DNA of 64,000 nt from an uncultured Bacilli bacterium (lineage in GTDB: Bacteria; Bacillota_I; Bacilli_A; RFN20; CAG-826): the NCBI GenBank assembly GCA_905235515.1, contig CAJOLV010000001.1:2170-66169 (forward strand), read 5' to 3'. The translations under genes and the position numbers were made by a program. The first letter of the stretch is position 1, and each line of letters opens with the position of its first letter. The notes under the pieces were generated by a model, which ran no database searches, was not told the origin of the DNA, and was given only the letters and a program-made list of their open reading frames with translations. Positions 49,307 through 58,087 of the stretch are shown here, piece by piece.

Positions 49307-49390
49307 CTCGAGTAAAAAGCAAAACCGTAGAAATACGGCGACGCAAAACTACAGGGTCTTATTTATATAAGATAGCCAGCTGCCTTCGGG
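49307..49390 (+). ncRNA. GEMM-I (c-di-GMP-I class) riboswitch aptamer, A20 variant
   Basis: AGCAAAA-CCGTA-GAAA-TACGG-CGACGCAAAAC-TACAGGG-TCTTA/TAAGA-TAGCCAGCTGCC matches the GEMM-I layout (GNRA loop, GACGCAAA junction, 3' CCAGCTGCC). P1 CTCGAG/CTTCGGG. Position 49318 (Vc2 G20 equivalent) is A. Confidence 0.92.
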
Positions 49391-49439
49391 ATGAAACATC
49401 CTGCCAATGTATTGGATGATAGGCGCTGGCTTTTTGTTT
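49374..49439 (+). terminator. Riboswitch expression platform: terminator overlapping the aptamer (ON switch)
   Basis: AGCCAGC-T-GCCT (49374-49385, aptamer 3' strand) pairs with AGGC-GCTGGCT (49421-49431), followed by TTTTGTTT. Confidence 0.8.
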
Positions 49440-49490
49440 CAACCCATGGGACAAATTACGCTCAATTATTTTTTGAGCACACTTCATCTT

Positions 49491-50324
49491 ATGGTCGAAT
49501 TAGCTTATGTAAAAAAACGGAAGAGAAGAAAATTAGTAGCAATTCTAAGTGGTATTGCTTCTTTAGCTATAGCGGTATTTATTATCGTGGCATTTCTCGG
49601 AAGATTCGTTGGAACTTTTACAGTCGCTCTGGACTCAGGAGATGTAAAGCTATCACTAGCGGAAAAGTCTTCATTTGAAGAAGCTACTTCGTACATTAAG
49701 TTCGATCAACTTCCTTCCTTCGATTTGACAACATTTACAAATCTACCGGAAGCAAGCACAATCGATAACGAACAAAGCGATTACCTCTATGGTGCTGTAC
49801 CAGATGGTAAAGGCAATTCAGTATTGAGATACTTCAAAAGTACGTTCTATGTAAAGAACACTGGTGAAATCACAGCGGATTATGATCTTAAAATCAATAT
49901 CACTAAGAATGAACCAGGCACCACAGCAAAAGGTGGATTGATTTATCTAGATACCATCTTACGCGTTATGGTGTATGAGAACAACGCAGATACAGACGAA
50001 CACAATTACAGTGTGTATGCTCACAAGAGAAGAACACCAAATACTTCGACTGTTGAAGCCGACATATTCAAAGAATATACATCATATAGCGATGAATCAG
50101 AACTTAGAGAATACGGAGAAGACTTACCGTTCCTTGCGGAAATGTTTGAAACAGATAACACTGTTGTCACATTATCCAATATAGGGTTTACCAAAGGTGA
50201 AACAAAAAGATACACAATTGTTACTTGGCTCGAAGGTGAAGACATCGATGCCCAAGGAAATCCCCCGAAAGGTGGAAATTTAAAGTTAGGAGTTACAATT
50301 AACGCTTATGAAAACACAAAATAA
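49491..50324 (+). CDS. TasA-like paralog B with a non-canonical (basic + TM) N-terminus
   Basis: KKRKRRK plus a TM helix; shares YFKSTFYVKN, LDTILRVMV and TIVTWLEGED...LKLGV motifs with the other four paralogs. Start uncertain (49446 or 49491); 49407 lies upstream of the attenuator. Confidence 0.7.
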   Translation: MVELAYVKKRKRRKLVAILSGIASLAIAVFIIVAFLGRFVGTFTVALDSGDVKLSLAEKSSFEEATSYIKFDQLPSFDLTTFTNLPEASTIDNEQSDYLYGAVPDGKGNSVLRYFKSTFYVKNTGEITADYDLKINITKNEPGTTAKGGLIYLDTILRVMVYENNADTDEHNYSVYAHKRRTPNTSTVEADIFKEYTSYSDESELREYGEDLPFLAEMFETDNTVVTLSNIGFTKGETKRYTIVTWLEGEDIDAQGNPPKGGNLKLGVTINAYENTK

Positions 50325-51258
50325 AAAGAAAATCATTGTTTCTACGCTAGCTCTTGCAATGGGTGCTGCTTTAGCAGGTTCCATTTCAGGATCTGTCGCG
50401 TGGTATCAATATTCCACACGTGCCGCTGCACAAATTGCAGGTACTTCTGCTGGAACAGTTGGTGAATTGCAAATTAGAGGTGCTAAACATGGCCAAGAAT
50501 TAGACGAAGGCAACGATAGCAACTATTTAGAATTAGGTACAGAAAATTACAAACCAATGTCTATGTATATAGTAGATAGTGAAACTGGTGCTAAGAAGTA
50601 TGTCCACAACCCAGTTTATCAAGTTCAAGAATCCAAAGCTTATAGTGAAAGTGAAACCCCACACTATATTGACTACGATTTACAATTCAAATTTGAACAT
50701 AGAGAAACAGACGCTGCTTTATTAGCGAAAAATGTTTATTTATCCAGATTAGAAATCGTCGCTGCCAGTGATGCTACAGCTGATATCTCCAAAGCAGTCA
50801 GAGTCGAATTCCTTAATGGCGATACATGCAAAGCTTTCTTAGCAAAAGAAAGTGCACAAGTTACAGACACACAAGGTCAATTAGATTTAAATGGTAATGG
50901 TGTTAAAGACGCTATGGATTTTGATTGCCAAGACACAAACACAACCAAAATCAACTATATGAACAAAGCCGAAACTGGTTTAACTTATACAACCGATGCT
51001 TTCGCTGACAAGATTGTTGACACAACCGCTACTAATTTTGATCCATATGACATCGAAACGCTCCAAGCTGGTAAATCATTAATTACAACCAAAGATTCTG
51101 ATGGTGGTTGGTCTGATACATTAACAGTTAGAATTTGGCTCGAAGGTTGGGCATTATTAGGTGCTTCCGGTTCTGAAAGTGCCGATTGGCCAACTGATTA
51201 CATTGGACAAAACTTCAATGTTAATATGCAATTCGTCTGCTCTGCAGTCGCACAATAA
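50308..51258 (+). CDS. SipW-signal TasA-like subunit C, 316 aa
   Basis: LAGSISGSVA|WYQY signal; DISKAVRVEF; RIWLEGW...FNVNMQF. Confidence 0.78.
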   Translation: MKTQNKKKIIVSTLALAMGAALAGSISGSVAWYQYSTRAAAQIAGTSAGTVGELQIRGAKHGQELDEGNDSNYLELGTENYKPMSMYIVDSETGAKKYVHNPVYQVQESKAYSESETPHYIDYDLQFKFEHRETDAALLAKNVYLSRLEIVAASDATADISKAVRVEFLNGDTCKAFLAKESAQVTDTQGQLDLNGNGVKDAMDFDCQDTNTTKINYMNKAETGLTYTTDAFADKIVDTTATNFDPYDIETLQAGKSLITTKDSDGGWSDTLTVRIWLEGWALLGASGSESADWPTDYIGQNFNVNMQFVCSAVAQ

Positions 51259-51292
51259 TCTTAGTAAACACAAAAATAAATAGATACAAGAA

Positions 51293-51334
51293 TTCAAGGG
51301 TAAAGTTACGTACTTACGCGACTTTGCCCTTGAA
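51293..51334 (+). other. 19 bp intergenic stem-loop without a plus-strand U-tract (candidate mRNA stabiliser/processing site)
   Basis: TTCAAGGGTAAAGTTACGT-ACTT-ACGCGACTTTGCCCTTGAA followed by AAAA. Confidence 0.6.
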
Positions 51335-51374
51335 AAAACTCTATTAAATAAAATTTAAAAGAAAGGATACACGC

Positions 51375-52514
51375 ATGAAGACCAAAATGAGATGGCATTT
51401 ATTACCAATCATCGGCGGCTTAATTACGTTCGCAGCTTTTGTGGGCTCAATTAGCGGCTCTCTTGCTTGGTGGGCATACTCAACCAGAGTCTCAGTTCAA
51501 TACCAAGGTACTTCTGTCGCAACATCTGTCCAATTACAAATTGGATTAAAAACTGAAGATTTCAGTGATAGTGATGTAGCACAATTGACCGCTCTTGGCA
51601 TGACTGAAGACACTGACTTAGCGTCTGGTAATACGAGATATTTATTCTCTAAAGCTGGTGCTGGTTTGCCTGAACGCACAATTGCCACTTATTTGCAAAT
51701 TCAAGGCGATTACTCGATCAATACATTGTATCCTGTCACCACTAGACAACATAAAATTGGTGACGAATTAAAACTATATCGTCCTTTAATTAAAGGAACC
51801 CCAGACAATTTACAACTTACAACTACAAATAGATACGTAAAAATTCCATTTGTTTTCCGTGTTGTTACATTAAATGAAAACGAACCAGTCAAGAACCAAT
51901 ATATTTGGTTAACTCATGTTGGCGTTGAGGCTAATAGCCCGAATTCCCATATTAGAGAAGCTGTTAGAATGTATATGGATAATGGTTTGACCAAATACAT
52001 TATTAATCCTACAGACGAAAGTGTTGAATCTGTTGGCGCTACTAAAGTATTTGGATTATTAGACTTAGATACAAATGGATATTATGACCAAGATGTAAAT
52101 GGTAAAGAAATCGTTTATGGACAATATACAGGTAATCCTAACGATACCTTTGTTCCTACAAGCGACACTCTTGACAATATTAATGGTGTTAGTGACACCA
52201 CTAATCAAACATCTTTCTATGCAAAGCATAAAGCTGGCAACACTTGTTATAATTCATTATCTGGTATTGATACCAGTGATGGCTTAAATGGTTTAGCCCA
52301 ATATAGACCTATGGGCTATATGATTCCGGAAGACAAGCCAGGAGGCTTTGATGAATATGAAAAAGCAATCTGTCAAACTGGTAATGACGCTAATGCATTA
52401 GCAGAACTAGATATGACAGTGTATCTCGAAGGATGGGATCATTCAGTTGTTGATGAAGAATTAGGATATGGTTTTAATTTAGGACTACAATTCCAGATTA
52501 ATTTCGTAAACTAA
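51375..52514 (+). CDS. SipW-signal TasA-like subunit D, 379 aa
   Basis: FVGSISGSLA|WWAY signal; HIREAVRMYM; TVYLEGWD...FNLGLQF. Confidence 0.78.
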   Translation: MKTKMRWHLLPIIGGLITFAAFVGSISGSLAWWAYSTRVSVQYQGTSVATSVQLQIGLKTEDFSDSDVAQLTALGMTEDTDLASGNTRYLFSKAGAGLPERTIATYLQIQGDYSINTLYPVTTRQHKIGDELKLYRPLIKGTPDNLQLTTTNRYVKIPFVFRVVTLNENEPVKNQYIWLTHVGVEANSPNSHIREAVRMYMDNGLTKYIINPTDESVESVGATKVFGLLDLDTNGYYDQDVNGKEIVYGQYTGNPNDTFVPTSDTLDNINGVSDTTNQTSFYAKHKAGNTCYNSLSGIDTSDGLNGLAQYRPMGYMIPEDKPGGFDEYEKAICQTGNDANALAELDMTVYLEGWDHSVVDEELGYGFNLGLQFQINFVN

Positions 52515-52515
52515 T

Positions 52516-53655
52516 ATGAACAGAAAAAGAATCATAACTACGAGTTTAATAGGCTCAATCGGGTTGACCGTATTGAGCTTATCTTTGTCTTTTGCGTGGT
52601 ATAATTCTTCGGAAAATTTATATCTCGATACATTAACTATTAATATATCATCTTCTCGTGATTTAAGGATTGCGACAACCCCTGATGAAACTAAATTAGT
52701 TACATCACTTCAATATAAGATGGACGCTCTTGATTCTGAAAATTCCTTAGAGAACAAGAATCCATTCAAACCAGTCTCGACAATGTTTAAATCGAACTGG
52801 ATTAATGAAAAAAAACAAGACCCGGTATTTTATGAATATACCAGTGCGATTATGGATGAAAATGATGAGCCAATACCAACAGTGGTTGATGATAGTTGGG
52901 GATATTATTCACAACACCTCTGGCTATACTGTGACCGCGATACAAAAGTAACCATTGACTCAACAACATTCAATCTCAACCCAGTGTTTAGGAGCAATGA
53001 AGTTCGCGCTGAACAATTACTCAATTCTGTCTATATCCGTGATCAATATGAACTTGAACACCCAGATTGGACAGATGAACAAATTCTAGAAGACATCATC
53101 GAAAACTTGAACAACCTAGTCAAATGTATGAGAATGAGTATTCTAGATCCAGACTTAGATAATTATAGCTACACAATTTTAGATCCTTTGAAGGATGGAG
53201 AAACTGAATTAGGTGGTAGAGAAGACTTGTTCCTCTCTGGCTACTATGATTCATATTCCAAACTCAATGCATCTAATGAATTTGAGTGGTATGAAATATT
53301 ATATGGAGAGATTAAAAACCGTGATAAAGCTGTTTATAACGAAGCTCTCCCAGATGAAATCCCAGCAGTGGGAACTAAAACATCATTCAATGCATCGACA
53401 AAAGAAAATGTTCATGCATTCAATAAAGAAGCCAGCATTGCTAATGGATTAGAAATCGTAAAAGAAGATTCCATTTCATTAGATGAATTGGAAGAAAAAT
53501 TCCAAGTTAAATTAAAAGCTGGGCAATTAAAAGAAATTGTCCTATCCATATATATGGAAGGATGGGACCTTGATTGTGTAAATAGCCATATGGGAGGAAG
53601 CTTCGGTATGGATCTCCAATTCAAGGTCGCAGAAATGAACGATCAAGACGATTAA
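52516..53655 (+). CDS. SipW-signal TasA-like subunit E, 379 aa
   Basis: LSLSLSFA|WYNS signal; NLVKCMRMSI; SIYMEGWD...FGMDLQF. Confidence 0.75.
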   Translation: MNRKRIITTSLIGSIGLTVLSLSLSFAWYNSSENLYLDTLTINISSSRDLRIATTPDETKLVTSLQYKMDALDSENSLENKNPFKPVSTMFKSNWINEKKQDPVFYEYTSAIMDENDEPIPTVVDDSWGYYSQHLWLYCDRDTKVTIDSTTFNLNPVFRSNEVRAEQLLNSVYIRDQYELEHPDWTDEQILEDIIENLNNLVKCMRMSILDPDLDNYSYTILDPLKDGETELGGREDLFLSGYYDSYSKLNASNEFEWYEILYGEIKNRDKAVYNEALPDEIPAVGTKTSFNASTKENVHAFNKEASIANGLEIVKEDSISLDELEEKFQVKLKAGQLKEIVLSIYMEGWDLDCVNSHMGGSFGMDLQFKVAEMNDQDD

Positions 53656-53669
53656 AGGAGAAATGCTAT

Positions 53670-55187
53670 ATGACTGCTTATTTCGAATATTTACGAGAAT
53701 TAGTAACTAGATTCTTCTCAGACTTAGGAAGATTTTTTGCTAAAGCATTTGGTTCACCATGGGCGGATGTTCCAGGTAACTTCGAAGCATATAATTCTTT
53801 CTTAGCATCTCATAAAGATCAATTTGGTTTTGGTGGCTGGCTATTATTTGTGGTTTTCCTTCTCCTTGTTATCGCACTTATTGGTGGGGCCCTTTTTGGT
53901 CTATTCATTTTAATAAGAAAGTATGTTCGTTTCGTTAGAAAAGAACTCGATAAAGATGAATTAAGAGCACAAGTTGAAAGACTTAATTATGAACTCTATC
54001 AAGCTATCACTGAAAAAGATAAAATCTTGAACTTAAAAACAACATATATGGGTGTTAAACCTGAAGATATGAAAAAAGAAGACAAAGAAACCCTCGATGA
54101 AATCTCTTCACGTTTCCCAAAACTTGTTCGTGTTGACAATCAATACAAAGGTGTTGACCTCACAATTCCTAATAAAGATGGCTTATCTTTAGAAGAATTA
54201 TGTAATGCTTTTAGAAACTTCGCTGCTAGTCAATTTGGTCTCTACTACCGTATTGATACAATCAGACAAATGTTTGCGGGTATTGCTACCTCTAAGTTAA
54301 TCATCTTAGAAGGTATCTCTGGTACAGGTAAAACATCCTTATCTTATGCATTAGGTAAATTCTTCGCCTTTGATTCTGCAATCATTCCAGTTCAACCATC
54401 TTGGAAAGACCGTTCGGAATTATTAGGTTACTATAATGAATTCACAAAGAAGTTTAATGAATCTGAATTCTTAAAAGCCTTATATGTTACAACATATCGT
54501 AAAGAATTAGATGTCATCGTTCTCGATGAAATGAACTTAGCTCGTATTGAATATTACTTTGCAGAATTCTTATCTGTTATGGAAATGAGAGATACCTCCG
54601 ATTGGTTAATCGACTTAATTCCAGCTGTGCAAGAAGGCGATCCACAACACTTAAGAGATGGTAAATTATTAATTCCACAAAACGTCATCTTCTTTGGCAC
54701 CGCCAATAACGATGACTCTACATTTACTATTTCTGATAAGGTTTACGACAGAGCAATCTCCCTCTTCTTTGACGATAAAGGTCGTCCATTTGAAGCTGAA
54801 CGTCAAGATGCTATATCTATTCCATATCAACAACTTAAAACATTATTCGATGAAGCGATTAACCAATATCCAATCTCTGAATCTATGTTAGACAAGTTCT
54901 CTCAATTAGATAACTTTGTCATTAAGAAATTCAAGTTAGCCTTTGGTAACCGTATTTTGAAACAATTAGATTCCTTTATCCCAGTTTATATTTCCTGTGG
55001 TGGTAAAGAAGTTGATGGTTTTGACTTCATCTTTACAAATAAAATTTTGAAGAAATTTGAATCCTTAAATATCGCTTTCTTCAAAGACGAATTAAAAGAA
55101 TTAAGTGGTCAATTAGACAAATTATACGGAAAGAACACTTTCCCAATGGCGCATCGTTATATCGATGATTTAATCAAGAACAACTAG
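53670..55187 (+). CDS. McrB-like AAA+ NTPase with an N-terminal TM helix and coiled coil
   Basis: Walker A GISGTGKT, VQPSWKDRSELLGYYN, Walker B LDEMNLARIEYYF, McrB-type GTANNDD...KVYDRA; TM at aa ~56-82. Confidence 0.85.
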   Translation: MTAYFEYLRELVTRFFSDLGRFFAKAFGSPWADVPGNFEAYNSFLASHKDQFGFGGWLLFVVFLLLVIALIGGALFGLFILIRKYVRFVRKELDKDELRAQVERLNYELYQAITEKDKILNLKTTYMGVKPEDMKKEDKETLDEISSRFPKLVRVDNQYKGVDLTIPNKDGLSLEELCNAFRNFAASQFGLYYRIDTIRQMFAGIATSKLIILEGISGTGKTSLSYALGKFFAFDSAIIPVQPSWKDRSELLGYYNEFTKKFNESEFLKALYVTTYRKELDVIVLDEMNLARIEYYFAEFLSVMEMRDTSDWLIDLIPAVQEGDPQHLRDGKLLIPQNVIFFGTANNDDSTFTISDKVYDRAISLFFDDKGRPFEAERQDAISIPYQQLKTLFDEAINQYPISESMLDKFSQLDNFVIKKFKLAFGNRILKQLDSFIPVYISCGGKEVDGFDFIFTNKILKKFESLNIAFFKDELKELSGQLDKLYGKNTFPMAHRYIDDLIKNN

Positions 55188-55205
55188 AAATAATTAGCAA
55201 ATCCC

Positions 55206-57245
55206 ATGCAAAAAAACAGAAATCGCACATTATTTAAGAAATTAGTGAGTAAGATTAACACTCTTAACGGAGAAAAGGATGTCTCCGATATTTCGCGTGA
55301 TTTAAAGCATGGTAAAAACACCTACATGAGATTAGACCGACTAGAGTCTAGCAGCTTTGATATGGTGTGGATTAAACGTATCGAAGATTGTATTTATGAT
55401 TTAGGTGCGATTGTTGGTAATCCAAGACAAGTGACTAAAACAGTCGGCAACATTGTTCCAGTTGAATTAGCGAAAAAAATCAACTCGGAAAGTGTTATGC
55501 ACTTAGCAAGCCACACCCAATATATTAAAGACATCACTGAAAATGGCGATGTTGTTCCAAATAAAATTCTCAATATGGGCGCTGAAGAAGACATCCATAC
55601 TTATGAGAATAGATTCATTGCTACCCTTATTAGAAGATTAGTACTCTTTGTTGAAAAGAGATATGAGTTCGTCAAAAAGTTTGCTCCTCTCCATGATGAG
55701 GAGATTTTGTATTTTAAAAACAAATCCATCGTCGATGGGGCAGAAGTAGAAATTGAAACTAAGATTAAGGTCAAGAGCGAATCTCAAACCACTATGGCGG
55801 AGACTTCCAATAAATACATTGACCGTATTATGAAGATTAGAGAATACATCTTATACTTCTATGGTTCTAATTTTATGAGAGAACTAAAGACTGAAAGAGA
55901 TGTGCGTAATCCAATCGTCATGACTAACATCTTAAGAAAGAATCCAAAATATCATAAATGTTATGAATTATATCGTTTCATTGAAAAATATGAAGGTTTA
56001 GGTGTGTCTTATAAAGTTGATGAAAATATCGCTAATTTTGATGAGCAAGATTTGAAAGAAATGAACGCAGTGATGCTCGCTAACTATTTAGCCTTGAAAT
56101 CAAAGGATAAGAAGCCTCCTCTTAAACATAACACCAAACAATATAAACCACGTATTCTCACCTCTCTTGATGACGAAGAATTTGTTTATGGTGATCTTTA
56201 TAAAGGCCCAATCGAATTCATGCGTATCGATAAGGGCTATATCGAATATCTTGAATCTTTAGTGAAGAAAGATTTACCAGTCCACCCAACTAAGATTGAA
56301 AAAGAATATTACAAAGAAGAATATCAACAAAAGACTGAAGTTAAAACTATTAAAAACGCAATCGAAAAGACTCTTAAAAGAAAACAAAAAGAACAAAATG
56401 AGTTCGATAAGAAGGCCAAAACCATTATCGCTCTTAGAGAGAAAGAAGAAAGAGAGCGTATTGCTGCTGAACAAGAAGCCGCACGTCTTAAAGAAGAAGA
56501 AAGAATTGAAGCGATTCGTCGTCAACTCATTGAATCCGCAAAAGCGGAACAACCAGTGGAAGAAGAACCAGTTGTTAGTGAAGAGGAAGAACTCGTTATT
56601 AGAGATATTCCTGTTTATGAAGAACCAGTTCAAGAAGAAACCCCTGTTGAACCTGAATCAATAAAAGAATCTGTTATTGAAGAACCTCAAGAGGAAGTTT
56701 TACCTGTGGAAGAAACAGATGAAACTCCTGTTAAAATAGTGGAAGAACAACCTCAAGAACAACCATTGGAAGAGATTGTTGAACAAGAAGAACCACAACC
56801 TGAAGTTATTGAAGAAACTCCAGCGGAAGAACCTGCTCCAGAACAAGAACCAGTTAAGAAACCACATAAGCCAAGAAAACCAAGAGCAAAACCTGCTCCA
56901 GTTGTCGAAGAGGTGCCAGTGGAGGAACCTGCGCCAGTTGAACCAGAACCAACTCCAGAACCAGAACCAGAAATAATTGAAGAAAAACCAGTTTCTGCGG
57001 CGGTTTTAAATAAACCAAAGAAAAAACCTGCTCCAAAGAAAAAGCGCAAACCAGCGCCTAAGAAGGTCAAAGAAGAACCAAAATTAGAACCAATTCCGGG
57101 TCGCTTTATCGTCAAGACTGGCCAAGGTTATTATGTGAAAAAGAATAAATATTCTATTTATAAACATGAAGCATGGGTCTTTGATGATTTCAATGAAGCC
57201 AATCAATTAAAGAACACCTTAGGTGGTAAGGTGGTTAAATTATGA
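55206..57245 (+). CDS. DUF2357 (McrC N-terminal-like) protein with a coiled coil and an acidic Glu/Pro-rich tail; no nuclease domain seen
   Basis: TYENRFIATLIRRL and LRKNPKYHKCYELYRF are DUF2357-type motifs; directly follows the McrB-like gene; C-terminal half is low complexity. Confidence 0.75.
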   Translation: MQKNRNRTLFKKLVSKINTLNGEKDVSDISRDLKHGKNTYMRLDRLESSSFDMVWIKRIEDCIYDLGAIVGNPRQVTKTVGNIVPVELAKKINSESVMHLASHTQYIKDITENGDVVPNKILNMGAEEDIHTYENRFIATLIRRLVLFVEKRYEFVKKFAPLHDEEILYFKNKSIVDGAEVEIETKIKVKSESQTTMAETSNKYIDRIMKIREYILYFYGSNFMRELKTERDVRNPIVMTNILRKNPKYHKCYELYRFIEKYEGLGVSYKVDENIANFDEQDLKEMNAVMLANYLALKSKDKKPPLKHNTKQYKPRILTSLDDEEFVYGDLYKGPIEFMRIDKGYIEYLESLVKKDLPVHPTKIEKEYYKEEYQQKTEVKTIKNAIEKTLKRKQKEQNEFDKKAKTIIALREKEERERIAAEQEAARLKEEERIEAIRRQLIESAKAEQPVEEEPVVSEEEELVIRDIPVYEEPVQEETPVEPESIKESVIEEPQEEVLPVEETDETPVKIVEEQPQEQPLEEIVEQEEPQPEVIEETPAEEPAPEQEPVKKPHKPRKPRAKPAPVVEEVPVEEPAPVEPEPTPEPEPEIIEEKPVSAAVLNKPKKKPAPKKKRKPAPKKVKEEPKLEPIPGRFIVKTGQGYYVKKNKYSIYKHEAWVFDDFNEANQLKNTLGGKVVKL

Positions 57246-58087
57246 GCAAGGCCAAAGAGAAAAAGCCAAAGAGTAAAGTCAGAGTAATTTTTGAATGGGT
57301 GATCACCATCTTATTTGGTGGTCTATTCATCTTTTTCGCCATCGGCCAAATCACTGGCATGGTTCATAAAAAAGAGAATTATGGAGAAACCCTCTCCTTT
57401 GGTTATGGTAGCTTTATTATCAAAACCGATTCCATGGAGCCTGAATATAAAATCGGGACAGCAATTGTCACTTATAAAGCTGAACCAGAAGTTATTTTTG
57501 AAAAATACACAAACGGAGAAACCGTTGATATCACATTCTATGATTGCTTTGATCATAATCGTAGCCAATATAATTATGATTTAGTCACACCTACCGACAC
57601 TGAATTAACGGAAAGAACTTATTCCCTTAATCAAGTGATGACCCATAGATTAAGAGAGATTGTCGTTCGTGATGATGTGGAATTAGGCCAAGGTAAATAC
57701 ACATTTGTCGTTTCTGGCACTAATATTTCTGAACACCAAGCACAGAAAGGTCAATATCAGTTATTAACTGAAAACGAACTTCTTGGTATAGTAAAAGTGA
57801 ACTCAAAAGTTTTAGGTGGATTTTTTAGATTCGTTTCTTCACCTTGGGGACTACTTGTATTCTTACTCGTTCCAGCCTTCTATCTTGTTATCACTAGTGT
57901 TCTAGATATCTTTAAAGCAATTAAAGAACCAGAAGAAGGAGAAACTCCAAAAGAAGTAGTGGACGCTCAACCAAAACAAGCTAATGCTTCCTTAGAAGAA
58001 TTATCTGATAAAGATAAAGAGAGATTAAAGCAACAATTACTTGAAGAAATGATCAACAAGAAGAGAGGAGATAACAATGGGAAATAA
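57242..58087 (+). CDS. sipW: SipW-type (ER/archaeal-type, S26B) signal peptidase I
   Basis: N-terminal TM; GYGSFIIKTDSMEP (catalytic Ser); VMTHRL (His); ELLGIV; C-terminal FVSSPWGLLVFLLVP TM; ATGA overlap with the upstream stop. Confidence 0.85.
   Translation: MSKAKEKKPKSKVRVIFEWVITILFGGLFIFFAIGQITGMVHKKENYGETLSFGYGSFIIKTDSMEPEYKIGTAIVTYKAEPEVIFEKYTNGETVDITFYDCFDHNRSQYNYDLVTPTDTELTERTYSLNQVMTHRLREIVVRDDVELGQGKYTFVVSGTNISEHQAQKGQYQLLTENELLGIVKVNSKVLGGFFRFVSSPWGLLVFLLVPAFYLVITSVLDIFKAIKEPEEGETPKEVVDAQPKQANASLEELSDKDKERLKQQLLEEMINKKRGDNNGK

Noticed and set aside
49407-49490. MYWMIG... N-terminus of paralog B
   Set aside because: It starts within the riboswitch terminator hairpin and has no RBS; a downstream ATG is more plausible.
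56560-57090. Apparent tandem repeats (GAACCA/CCAGAA runs)
   Set aside because: They are codon-level consequences of a Glu/Pro-rich low-complexity tail, not CRISPR or VNTR units.
53670-57245. Classical McrBC restriction or CoCoNuT defence system
   Set aside because: No DNA/RNA-recognition domain, PD-(D/E)XK motif, helicase, CARF protein or methylase is visible; kept only as the alternative hypothesis in the findings.
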